Shown piece by piece: positions 36,138 through 47,350 of a stretch of 64,000 nt of DNA. Under the pieces are notes generated by a model. It was given only the letters and a program-made list of their open reading frames with translations. It had not been told where the DNA came from and did no database searches. Both the position numbers and the translations under genes were made by a program. Position 1 is the first letter of the stretch. The number at the start of each line of letters is the position of its first letter. Source of the stretch: Euglena gracilis (Eukaryota). Location of the stretch: assembly GCA_039621445.1 (NCBI GenBank), contig CP154954.1, forward strand, positions 11,133,229 to 11,197,228. The letters are read 5' to 3'.

Positions 36138-37145
36138 TCACCACCACCATTGATTCGGTGGAAACCACCCCCAGCTGTTCCAGGGATTTGTGTACCAGTC
36201 CCAACCCCACCAATCATGAAACCAACTTGGTCTCAAAAATTGAAAGTCATTCCAACTGTTTTTGGCAGGCCTCCAGAATTTTTTTGTCTGTCTGAATTTT
36301 CTTGGCTGTGCGACAAAATCTGAGGAAGATTTTTCAGGAGATACTGATGACGGTTGTAAATTTGTGACATGTCCAGAATTCAGATTCACAGGCACATAAT
36401 TTTCTGGACTTAGAAATTTTTCATTGGGCTGTAACTTTTCAGTGATTTGCAATTCAAAGATTTTCAGCCGTTCCTCCAGAATCTTTTCTTCACTCTCCAG
36501 CCGTTTTGACAGAGCCTCGCCCTTCTCGCACAGGGACTGGATGCTTTCAGAAAAACGATTTTCAATTTCTCTGCAAGTTCGTGTGTAAAGGTCATGAAAA
36601 CTATCTGCCAAATTCCTCAGACGGGTTTCAATTTCAGCCATCCGTCCCTCCAAGTGGCTAGACTCACTTTGGCTGGGCACTTCCTCCAGTTTCGTCAGCC
36701 TCTCGTTCAGAGAAAAAGTGTTTGAAAACAATTCTGTGATACCTGCCTCAACTTTTTGCCACCACTCATCCCAAGGGTCATAAAAAGTTTCAGGTTTTGT
36801 GACCTCTGAAGTTTCCACACTGTCTGATTTGACACTCAGCTGTCCGGATTCAGATTCACACGCCACACCTCTGATGTGCAAAACATTTGGACAAGCAAAA
36901 CTCTCTGGTTTAACTTCAGGTTCTCTTGGCAGTGACCTTGTTGGGCTTACCCCTGACGCTTTACAAAATTGACGTGGAGAAGATGAGTCAGGGCCATGAG
37001 AATGTCCAATGGCTGCTTCACATCTGAGTTTCCAAAACTCCCTCTGAGACGCCACATATTCAGCCTCCCTTTTTCTTAGTTCCTCTGTTTGGGTATCACT
37101 GAATTCAATTCCCAACAATTTGAATTGGTCACAGTATTCTTTCAA
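36138..37145 (-). CDS. Unknown coiled-coil protein with a Trp-rich C-terminus, in the gag position of element E (possibly pseudogenised)
   Basis: 335-codon open frame directly after the PBS with E/K/L heptad-like composition. There is no ATG at the ORF start and an in-frame stop lies just upstream. Confidence 0.55.
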   Translation of the reverse strand: MKEYCDQFKLLGIEFSDTQTEELRKREAEYVASQREFWKLRCEAAIGHSHGPDSSSPRQFCKASGVSPTRSLPREPEVKPESFACPNVLHIRGVACESESGQLSVKSDSVETSEVTKPETFYDPWDEWWQKVEAGITELFSNTFSLNERLTKLEEVPSQSESSHLEGRMAEIETRLRNLADSFHDLYTRTCREIENRFSESIQSLCEKGEALSKRLESEEKILEERLKIFELQITEKLQPNEKFLSPENYVPVNLNSGHVTNLQPSSVSPEKSSSDFVAQPRKFRQTKKFWRPAKNSWNDFQFLRPSWFHDWWGWDWYTNPWNSWGWFPPNQWWW

Positions 37146-37821
37146 TTATTTGTCATCAACGGAATCTAAAAATTCTTCACTGACAGAGTCAGTGAAGCCA
37201 CCTCTGCGTACCATGTTGGGGGTCGGGGACCCTGCTCGCCCGGGGGGGGCTGCTGGGGCCGCAACCACTTTTTTCTGGCCCTGGAGGGCTCAGGCCAGGG
37301 CCTTTCTGAAATTGGGCCCCGTTTTCGAACATGCCAACCGGCGGTAATGGGGGTGAGGTGTGCCCCCCCGACCCAGGGTCTCCAGTTGCCCCGCGTAGGA
37401 TTTTTTTTCTTTCCATTGTTGGTTTTTCCCCATGTTTTCAACTTTGAACTTTCAGGATGAAATTCAACAATGACAAACCAACCCACCTACTTAGGATCAA
37501 ACAGCACAGCACAACAAACCTGGGACTTGAGAGGGTGGTTAAGTACCTTTGAGTTCAGGTGTTGAGTGGGACAAAGAATGTGGAAATGAATGCCTTGGCT
37601 TCCTTTTGATGTTTGAATTGTTCTTATTGGCTCCTCAATTCCCACTTGAACAATTTGCTTTGCTGATTCTCAAATCGACTTCTCAAATTCTTCCAGGAAT
37701 TTGCTGGGGTTCCAATTCCACTCGCGTGGCGGTTTACTTGGTTTTTGTTATTCCTACTGGGGGTTTTTGGGAATTTTCTGGGACATTTTTGGCTGCCCAC
37801 GCCAGCGGCAGCCGACAGTAT

Positions 37822-40333
37822 CTTTGTATTGTCAGGAGCGCGATTCTTGAGTTGTCGCGTCAGTGGTACCGCGATTTTCGCGAAGTCCTTCATGTTAATC
37901 GCGTAATACTGCGCTAAACCCAAGAATCCTTTTAAATGGGTGATTGTCTTGATGTTTTCAGGTGTCCAGTTCTTTATAGCTTCGAGTTTGCTCGGAGATG
38001 CTCTCCTTTGTCCGTTGTTAAGAATGTGTCCACAAAATTTTATCGTTTCGCGAAACAAATGCATTTTCGCAGCTTTGACAAAAGCAAATGTTTTTGCAAC
38101 GTTGGCAGTACGGAACGTATATCGCGGTAGTGAATATCAAGGATATCACTACCCGAATTTGTAAGTGGAGGAGGTGTGCCTATCAGCACATCATCAATGT
38201 ATACCATTGAAAACGGTAAGTTCTCGTAACATGCATTGTATCATTCTTTGGACCATGGCTGGGAAATTCTTAACACCCATTGGTAACACCGTCCATTGGT
38301 AAACTCCGGGGGATGTTACAAATGTGATGTATGGTTGTGAGTCGGGGTGTAAGTGCATCTGGTGAAAACCATCCTCTAAGTCGAAAATCAACCAAAGTGA
38401 TTTGTAATCAGGTCTTCGATAAGTAGTAACGGAAATGGATCGTCTTTTGTCTGTGAGTTCAAGTATCGGTAATCCAGCACAAGTCTCCACTTCTTCTCTC
38501 CAGAAGCATCAGGAGGCTTGGGTACCACGAAAGCTTGTGAGGTCCACTCGCTTTTGGAGGGTATGATCCATTTTCGTTCAATCAGTTTTTCGATCATTGT
38601 ATTGAGAGCTTGTTCTCTTTCGCCTGAACAGCGAAAGAATTTTCGGTGCATGGGCTGTGCACCTTCTTTAAGTTCTATTTTACAGATACCAAAAGGTCCG
38701 CCAGTTGCAGCATCTATTAAATGGGAATAGATAGGATGTTCTAAAACATCACTGAATTCGTGATTGATCTTTGTACATAGTTATTGTGATTTGGGATGTT
38801 GACCACCACTTTCTATGACTGCGGATAGTTGGTACGATTGGTCTTTCTGACCTTTATCCCGTAGGAATTTGTCAGTGTGGTCAACAGTTCCGAATGCATC
38901 AAAGAAACAAACACGAAAAATGATTTCCTTCAATGGTGGTAACACGACACCACAAAAATCTTCAAACAGGGGAGTGTCATTCGGTAAATCCCACCACTGA
39001 AAAGTGACATACGTCAGTTGTTGGAAACATTCCGCTTCGGGATTTATAGGAATGAGTAGCACACCGCGTGCTTGATCCCGAAGGATCCTGTCAACAAAAA
39101 AAGGGATAAGTTTTAGAGGTGGGTGTATCCACAGGACCACCTCACCCCAAAGCTTATCAAACGCATTTGTACGGCTTGACCAGTTGTAGGGTAAACGAGA
39201 ATGTGCTTTGGATGAGAACGCACCAATCTCCAATTGTAGGTCCATCGACTTCGCGATTTGCGAGATTTTGGAAAACCAAGTTTCCAAAGTGCGATATTGT
39301 CCAAAATTGAACGCATTCCAGATGCGGTCCGCGAAAACTGTTGCGGTTTAAGTCCTGTGGAGGGCTGAAACACAGTTTACCGAGCCACATCGGTAATGCG
39401 GAGTGTCCGAAGACACTTCATCAGGCATTGTACCAAGTGTATCAGGTGTATTGTATAAAGGACAATTGTCGTTGGCATCCTGCCACTTGTATGCGGGGAC
39501 ATTTTGGGGGGTTGGCATTCTGCCGTTCGGGGTCAGAGAGATTGGCTTTCTGCCATTGGAGATCTTCCAGCGCGATTCTCGTTATTCCGAACAGGGACGT
39601 GATTCTGCATTTGTCCAATTGTCGATGTACTCCAACACACAACGGGTAACAACCCGGTGTGTTGTGTTCTCGGTCAGCGGGCAGGGTACCCTCGGTACCG
39701 GTTCCGGTACCAAGTGTACTCTGGTTGTTGAGCAAAGCGATTAGTTTGGAAGGTTCAACAATACATCCACAGTCGAAATCAGGTTGTGTGGAAATTCTCC
39801 GGCAATGTGCGCATTGGTAGGAAGTGTCGGTCTGGTAGTGCATGTCAGCCATGTGTAGTGTGTGCATAGGGGTGTTGGAAGTTGTAGTTGCTGGGGGGTG
39901 TACAGGTGTGTCCAAAATCGACACACCTGGTGGAAAACGTGAAATTTGTGCAGCTGGGCGGTTACTCGACACCGAAATTTCTTCAGCCCTTTGGGCTTTC
40001 ACCTTGGAACCCAGTGAAACGTGGGGGGTTAAGCTACTCGCTTTCCCTACCGCATGGGAAACGTGCGGTAAAATTGTAGTGGGTAGGGGGGCAGCTTTCT
40101 CTTTACCCGTGGTGTAGGAAACGATGTTTTCGTTTGTGGAAAACGTTGTGGCCAGGCGGGGGGACATCTGGGAAGGTGTCTTGGGGGAGAAATTCGGTGC
40201 TGTGAGCTGTGTGCGTGTAGTAGTGCGCAAACCGAGGGAGGGGCAGTCCACAACAAGGCGGTTCTGACGCAAGAATGGAAAACCCAAAATTACTTCAGAC
40301 CCGCGGATACCCAATTCGTAAATCCAGGTACCC
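37822..40333 (-). pseudogene. pol: Pol of element C, 5' part (protease end, Cys motif, MTase-like domain, RT)
   Basis: ILGFPFLRQ; QCAHC...DCGC; EIGAFSS...NAF...LWIHPPLKLI (38781-39287); LDYRYLN, FDLEDGFHQ, YIDD. Joins 31732 once element E is removed (NTKI|QWDD). Confidence 0.9.
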
Positions 40334-40513
40334 ATGGTCGAACGGGATTCCGTTCACCAAGGCCTCCAAGGGGTGAAAGCCCATCAAAAAACCGACAAAA
40401 GACACAAAATCGACAAAAGTGTTCCCTTTGTGGATCACACAACCACCACTCCTCCAAATGTTACCGTTCTCGCTCTCCCCGCCCGAACCAACGTCTCCAC
40501 AATGATACAAAAC
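40334..40513 (+). pseudogene. gag: Inverted gag fragment (second zinc knuckle)
   Basis: The + strand translates TQNRQKCSLCGSHNHHSSKCYRSRSP, homologous to CSLCGSSDHHSSKC of A and B'. Confidence 0.78.
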
Positions 40514-40828
40514 AGTGTACGTCTGATTCCCAATTCCCCTTTCCCAATTCCCAAAAGCCTTCGCTTTCGCCTTGGCGCACCTACTTGGGAACTGAAAATA
40601 AGAGTAACAGAAAATCCCTTTTCGCACTTCCAAAGAAGCAAAGCACCGAGCAATGCAGGGAGGACTGACTGGATAACCAAGTCCGGTCCGATGGAAAGGA
40701 AGGAAAAGGTATAAAGAAGAATACAACCTGTGGAGAGAGAAGGGGCACCCATTAGGAGATCCTAATAGGATCTGCTTCCATCCTAACTTCCTCAACGGAA
40801 GGGGACAGAAGCATACGCCTGGTACACA
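40514..40828 (-). repeat. 3' LTR of element B
   Basis: Homologous to 29537-29853; preceded on the minus strand by a PPT. Confidence 0.9.
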
Positions 40829-41652
40829 TCCCCCTCCCAGGGCTTTGCCCGATTTCCGCTTTGGACCAGGCATTCTGGCCACAGGGATTTCGGACACAGA
40901 CCTGGTCTGTGGAAGGTGCACCCTGGCGCATCCACAGGGGCCCTTTCCGTCGCACAAGGGTCTACTCAAAAAGGGGGGGGGCGGAAAGGAGGGGACCCAA
41001 AAAGCCCAAAACGCGCAAAATTGTTTCACCTATTCTGCGGTGGCTTATGGGTATATAGTATGTTATAGCCCACTGGGGAAAATGGGGCTGGCGGGTTTCC
41101 TTGCCAAGCAAACACATCCACCCAGTTTAGGTGTGCCCAAGGCACTTGGGGTTGGGTCCATGGGCATTCCAGGAAAACCCATGGTGAGGGTATGGAAGGA
41201 GAGGGCCTCCGACCAGTCAAACCTGGGCAGGGCGAATGGCCAGTCAAACCTGACCACGTAAAAGAAAATCCTACTCTACAAAACCAACTGCCGGCGACAG
41301 CATTTGCCCCGGGGGGAAAGTAGAGAGAAGTGGGGGGTTGGTTTAGGCCAAAAAGTTGTGCTGTCTGGCAGCCTTATGGCCTCAAACGGCCGAAAAGAGA
41401 AGAAAGGGAAAGGAAAAGAGGCCGTCGGCCCTGTGCGCTGCGGTTCGCACGCCCGCGAGAGGGGAGAGGGGAGAGGGGTGTGCATGCATGCGCACGGAAT
41501 CCTGCACATGGCAGCATCCCGGTGGGAACTTACTAGCGGCGAATACCGCAAAGGGTGTTCGAAGGGGTTGTTCTGGCGAATACCCACACAGGGTGTCAGG
41601 CGAATACCTGACGAGGGTTCTGAAAGACGCGGCATTGGCGTTTACAGACACC

Positions 41653-44600
41653 TCACCTGCCTTTATCGGCTGGACGTTCACGCACCTCACGCCAGTATTC
41701 GTGTTGGGGGTCCCCTAATGGGTCCTCAACCAACTCCAGTTGGCGAGGGGAACGCGGCGGAGCTGATTCACTCCGAACGGTGTTGAGCTCCGGATCGTTG
41801 GCATCAAAGGAAGGGGTCTCCCAGTCCTTGATCCAATTATCCGGCAGCTTCTCCCTGGTACGTTCAGCATGATGCTGAAGGTACCGTTGGAGCTGCTCCC
41901 AGAAAATTCTGGGCAACAGCACCGGCCAGATGATGTAATTCATCCGGGGGTGATTCGCAGGCACCTGCGGGGGCATCCCCGGGGTCTGCTTGAAGTTGAT
42001 GTCATACATCCACCTCGCTGTCCGAGCTCTTGCGGTATGGGGCCGTAATACAGCCGCCAACCAACCTCTGAAGTACACCAAATCGTGTTCTTCAGGAGGC
42101 CACAGTGGCAAGGCGTATCCGCCATGCTGACGCTTGGAGAACAGGGGGTAAACCTGTGTCTCCCAGTCACCATCAGTCCAGAGGTAAGGCATTCTTACCT
42201 TGGCGTGTTCCTCGACGGCGAGGCGCATTGCCCCAGCGTCGATCTGGAACTCACGGGCCATTCCCGTGTGGCGGTAGCTTTCTACCTTTCGGAAGTCGGA
42301 GTGCTTCACGCGGCCTTCCACCTGTTTGTACTCCTTCTTCCACTTCTCCAGTGTCTCCCAGTGGTGGGGGACAATGGTGGTGACTGCTCCATCAGCAGTC
42401 TGCACGAACGCCACAGTTCGCCACATACGAGCGCCACACAGTTCGGCACATATGCCCTGTGATGGAACCACGAGGATTGCACCTGCCGCTTGCACACATG
42501 CACAAACGGCTGGTTGTGCCGCACATGGTGGCACACGGTGCACGTCCAGGCAATGGACGTGCCGTGCTGGTAATCCAACACGCAGTCCTCACCAAAGTAC
42601 TGTGCCAGTACTCTGGGTGAGCGCATATTCCAGAACGTCCAGGTATGTTCCGGGACATAGTGTCAAGGTTCTCCTCGGACGAAGAGGGGCTTAATCCATC
42701 GATTCAGTGACCCTTTCTGGTGCCTAATAGCAGCCAGTTTCTTCGTCCTCTCTTCCACGGTGCCTAGTCTGGTCAGGATATCCTGAGTCCAGAGCTGGGC
42801 ATCCGCAGACACAGGAAGTGAAGCAGGTTCATCCTGCTCCTCATCCGTCGATCCGGCGGAAGACTGGGCCTGTCGACCACGAGCCTTACCTTTCGGCTGG
42901 CCGTACCCGGACGATGCAACGGCCGAATAGTCGTGCATTATCGTAGGGCCTTTCGGCTGTCCGCCAGTCTGACCTCCAGCGCCACCTTTCGGTGGTGGTT
43001 TCCCATCACCGCCTTTGGCAGGGGGCTTACAGGGTGCAGCACCCGGTTTGCCTCCTTTCGGCTTCGCACTCCCAGAATCAGGAGGCGATGCCTGCGGCTT
43101 GCTCCTGGTATCAGGAGCCGGTGGTGCCGGAGTAGAAGCTTGCCGTCTGGGCGAAGCGGGCGTACTGACCGCTGGGTTGCGCATGACGCTCCGAGGGGTC
43201 GGCACATGTTCCGGGGGTTGTTCAGCCGGCCGTCGCCGAGCAGGTTCATCCTGTCCGACGAGGCGTGGCACTGTGGTCGTCACCAGAATCGGTGCTTCCA
43301 CAGGTGCTGGCACTCCCAGAAACTCTGCCATTGTCCTCGGGACGGCAGGGGCCTCGCGCGGTGTCGGTGGTCGTGGGGGTATCTCCTCCACTTCCGTTTC
43401 GACATCCGGTCTAGGAGGTTGATCCTCCACAACCGCTGGCGCAGGTGCTACGGGAGGTTGATCCTCCGCTGTAGCTGGTGCGACAGTTGGCTCTGTCGGC
43501 TGGGGTTCATCCCGTGATGGTGGTTGCACTGCTGCCGGAGATGGGGGTGAGGGAACGCCGACATCCGGCGTCTCCACGACCTCAGCGGCGGAGCTTGATG
43601 CTACGCCTCCACGTCGTGGCGTTAGTGCAGCAGCCACGGCAGTAATGCCGGTGACTACGGCGCCGAGCACACGGCCTCCTAATGAGGTGCGTGCTGTGGG
43701 ACTGGCAGGTTCTTCGAGGTTGTCCTCGACGACCATACCAGTCACCTCGGCTGGAGGCTCAGCCGTTGGAACAGGCGTAGCAGCCACAGGTATATCCCCT
43801 GTGGGTGCTCCGTCTGGTCTAGGCTGTGCCGGAGCAGGCAGAGCAGCGTAGAGGATATCCTCCACGTTCTCACCTTCCTCCTCAGGAAGTTCCTGGTCTC
43901 CACCTACCGGTGGACAGACGGAAGCCGCCGCGGGATCCGGTGAAACCGATCGTTCCCCTGCCGCTCGCGGGGCAGAGACGAAGGATACAGCCGTTCCTGT
44001 CGGAGACGGCGGCGCTGCCTCCAGGATAGTGACGGAGGGGCTGCGTTCGCGTCCCTCCCGCCGCGGAATCGCGGTGGTGAAGCGACTGAAGCCTCACGTC
44101 TCCTTCGCGCCAGAGGTTCATCCTCCGGGGCGATGAAGGCGCGCAGATCCTCGGGCGAACGAGGATCGTCGGGGTGCAATCGGCATCCCTGGTCATCCGC
44201 CAGCCTGTAAAAGGCCAGCGTGTTGGGCCAGGGTGGCGGCCATGATGGCTGCACCCAGGCGTTGGAAGGCCTGTTCGCGCCCAGGAAGCCGCGATAACTC
44301 GTGTCTTCCCAGACCTCGAAAAAGCCTTCCTCGAATTCCTGAACGCCGAACTCGAACCCAGAACACCGCGGTAACGCGTGTTTTCCCAGACGTTGAAAAC
44401 GCCCTCCTCGAACTCCTGAACGCATGCCAGAATCGGCATACGCTGTTCGAGGATGGCCTGCGGGTGACACATCAGCGGAAGGAATCCTACCCGGTCGAGG
44501 GTTCCACCAAACTGTCGCCGCAAATGTTCCTCCATGCTGATATCAGCCAGGTGCCAGTTGGGGCGCAGGTGGCCGAGATTCCGACGACGAGGACCCTCGA

Positions 44601-47133
44601 CGGCGTCACCGTAATCCGGTGGCAGGCTTTCCAAACCGGGCCTATCGTCCTGGGGGTCACGGAGATGTATATACACCTCCATGACATAGGTGGTCCAGGC
44701 TCGCCACCAGAACTGCTGCAGCATAAAAATACGCTGCTTGTGGACGCGGCGACTTTTGCCCTGGACGTCCGGGGCGTCGCGGCACACATGCATAAGCATG
44801 CGGCGTCCCATCTCCAGGCCCGGGTTATCCCGAGGCGGTAGAGGACTTCCGCGCACGCCGAATCCCCAGAAGTCGACAGGAAATTCCTGCCGGCAGTACT
44901 TACAGCAGAGGTCATACCTCTGCGGGTAAGCCAGGGAAACGCGCTTAACGCGGAAGGTGGAGCCGTAATGGCTCACCAGCCACACCTGGAGGTTGTTGCA
45001 CCACAACACCTCGATCAGGCGTTCGATGTCGGGGTGTAGTGGGTAGAAGTCCCACTGCACGCCGAGGGGTCCGACTGTATGAATACAGTCGAAGATTGCC
45101 TTTAGCCTTCGGGCCAACACACGCTGGTCCCGAAATCCCAACTGGTGCAGGTAACTGCGACCAGTGGAATCGCTGAAGAGACCCCAGTTCTGGCAGGGGT
45201 ATCCCAGCCAAAACCAGAGCTGCCAGAAACCTGGCTGGGCATCCAGCAAAGGTCTGCCACCCTCACTTTCGAAGGCGTACAGATCTATTCCGTAATGGAA
45301 TAGTCTGACTCGGTTCTCGGTGTGGCGTAATACCACATCGATGACTGCTTGTGGAGGAGTGACAGGGCGGTTTCCTGCAACATGGTAATCATGCTGCATT
45401 CGCCAGCCTTCGTCCTCCAGCTCCTCCTTGAACCTGAGCATATGCTCAAAGTCCGAGAGGACTTCTGCTGGTTCCTCTTCTTCCTCACGTGCTGTTCCCT
45501 TACCTTTACCCTCACCCTTCCCTTTGCCGGCCACGCCTTTGCCTTCTCCCTTGCCTTTGCCCTCGGCCTTGCCTGTGTCCTTTCCCGTCTGGCGAATACC
45601 AGAGGGTCGGGCGCTCGGTGCCGCAGGAGTCGGTTCGGTTCCTTCCCATTCCATCTCTGGGGAGGGACCTGGCCACTCCGCTGCACGTCGTGGTGATGGC
45701 GTGGCTGGGCGTTGGCTAGGAGTCTGGCATGGGCTTGGCTTCGACGCAGGTGGTCGCGGCTCCTTCCATACCGGAGGGATCGGCGGTGGCATTGCGGAAA
45801 CAGGACGGCTCATCGCCACCTGTGCCTCTGCCGGTGGTCGTCCAGCCGGGGTATCCTGGCTGGGTTCCACTTGCATCGCCACACCGCCTTCCGCGTCCCG
45901 TGGGCTGGGTCGCCTGGGTTGTGGGGTAATGTTCTCCGTAGTCCTGTCGCGCTTCAGGGTGGCAGGTAATACTGCCACACCTGCCGGGGGCTCACCGGGT
46001 AATACCGTGGTTGCCACCCGCAGCTGCGGCTGGTACGGATGGTATGGGGTGTATCCACGGCGCTGAAGGGCAGCCAGAGAGGAGTAATACCTCGACCGGT
46101 GCTCTTTAGACACGAATACTGGCTCCTGCAGGAAGTGCCCAGCAAGCTCATCCTGCTCGGTTTCCGGAGGTGCCATGTGATAGTAGGGAGTCTCCTGCCG
46201 ACGGGGGATATCCCCAGTTTGGACAGGAGCGGCACTGGGTGGTCGGCCTGCCACACAGTGGGGAGGTTCATCCTCCACCACTATGGGCTCCGCCTGCCGC
46301 CGTGGCTCAACGCCAGGGACAGGGGCGACCGGTGATGCCTGTGGCATCCAGTGCAAGAACATGTGTTGGACGTATGCCTCAGGGGGCACGTCCGACTGTC
46401 CGGCTGGGAGCACGCGTGCGCCGCGCGGGTAATCCGCGTGCGTCGCGTACTGCGAGACAAATTGCTCCGCTGGCGGCTCGCGCGGCGACATTCGCTGCGG
46501 CGAGGGCGGGCGAGCAAAAATTGTTGTCATCCCAGGTGGGACATGCACAGCCTCACCTACCGGTGGGGGCGTGTGCTCACGCAAATGCACGGTGTGGGAT
46601 CCCACCGGCGTCTGCGTTTGCAGCATGGGCGGCACATACACACCCAGATCCATCATGGTCTCACCGGGTTCGAATCTGGAATCGGATGCCGACGAGAAAT
46701 ACCGTCTCCCCGTCATCAGGGCTTGACCACAGGGACACCACTGAGCCACAGGCGTGTTGGCTACCACCAACAACTGAGCACAGTATGCATCCCAAAGGGC
46801 TTGCATGAACGGCTCCGTTGGGGGGTGTGCGCACGTACGCATCGCCCGCTCCAACGTCTCCGTAGTGCGGAAGATCATCTCTCCTGCATACGGGTGCAGG
46901 CGCGATCTGCGTTGCGCTGGTGGCTGAGGTGCCGGCCGCTGGACGGCAGATGGATCTGGTACCGCATATGTGGACCGGCTGCTGGTTGCCGCGGCGAATA
47001 CCGGAGCTGAAACCCTCTCAGCATGTGGGGCACCCGGAATCGGGGCCTCAGCATACTGAGGGTACTGGGGGTATGGCGCGCAGGAAGGCTGCGGCCATGG
47101 TGGACCTGGTCCAGGTCCGCGCCCAGGCAGCAT
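41653..47133 (-). pseudogene. ORF3 of element B (uninterrupted by insertions; a few frameshifts); product unknown
   Basis: ATG at 47133 opens 1083 codons and continues in ORFs 43904-44470, 42663-43865 and 41653-42543. Conserved with A and the diverged D. Confidence 0.82.
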
Positions 47134-47350
47134 GATGCTACCCGAACGACGACGACAACTAAGGGTACCCTTGTTGTCAGTCGCTTTGAGTGCTGGTGCA
47201 CTGAAAAAGGAAGGCTTTTATCTTAATCAAAACTCTGCGAGAAAAATAGAGAAATAAGGAAGTGCAGGGGGGGTATAAACGCGAAACATTCACATAAAAC
47301 ACACACATTCTCCAAAACGAAATCGTTTCAGAAAGTGTTTATGTTTATGT

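Larger units (their letters stand above)
31733..37817 (-). mobile_element. Non-autonomous LTR element E (LARD-like, 6085 bp) inserted in pol of C
   Basis: LTRs 37214-37817 (5') and 31733-32348 (3'); TSD GTAT 31729-31732/37818-37821; iMet-like PBS TGGTACGCAGAGG 37201-37213; PPT AGGGAGGGGG 32349-32358; no RT or integrase. Confidence 0.92.

Noticed and set aside
45428-47010. Plus-strand ORFs antisense to ORF3 and pol
   Set aside because: Shadow frames of GC-rich coding sequence with no independent motifs
41653-47133. ORF3 as a retroviral envelope gene
   Set aside because: No visible signal peptide or transmembrane segment; Pro-rich and Cys-cluster composition
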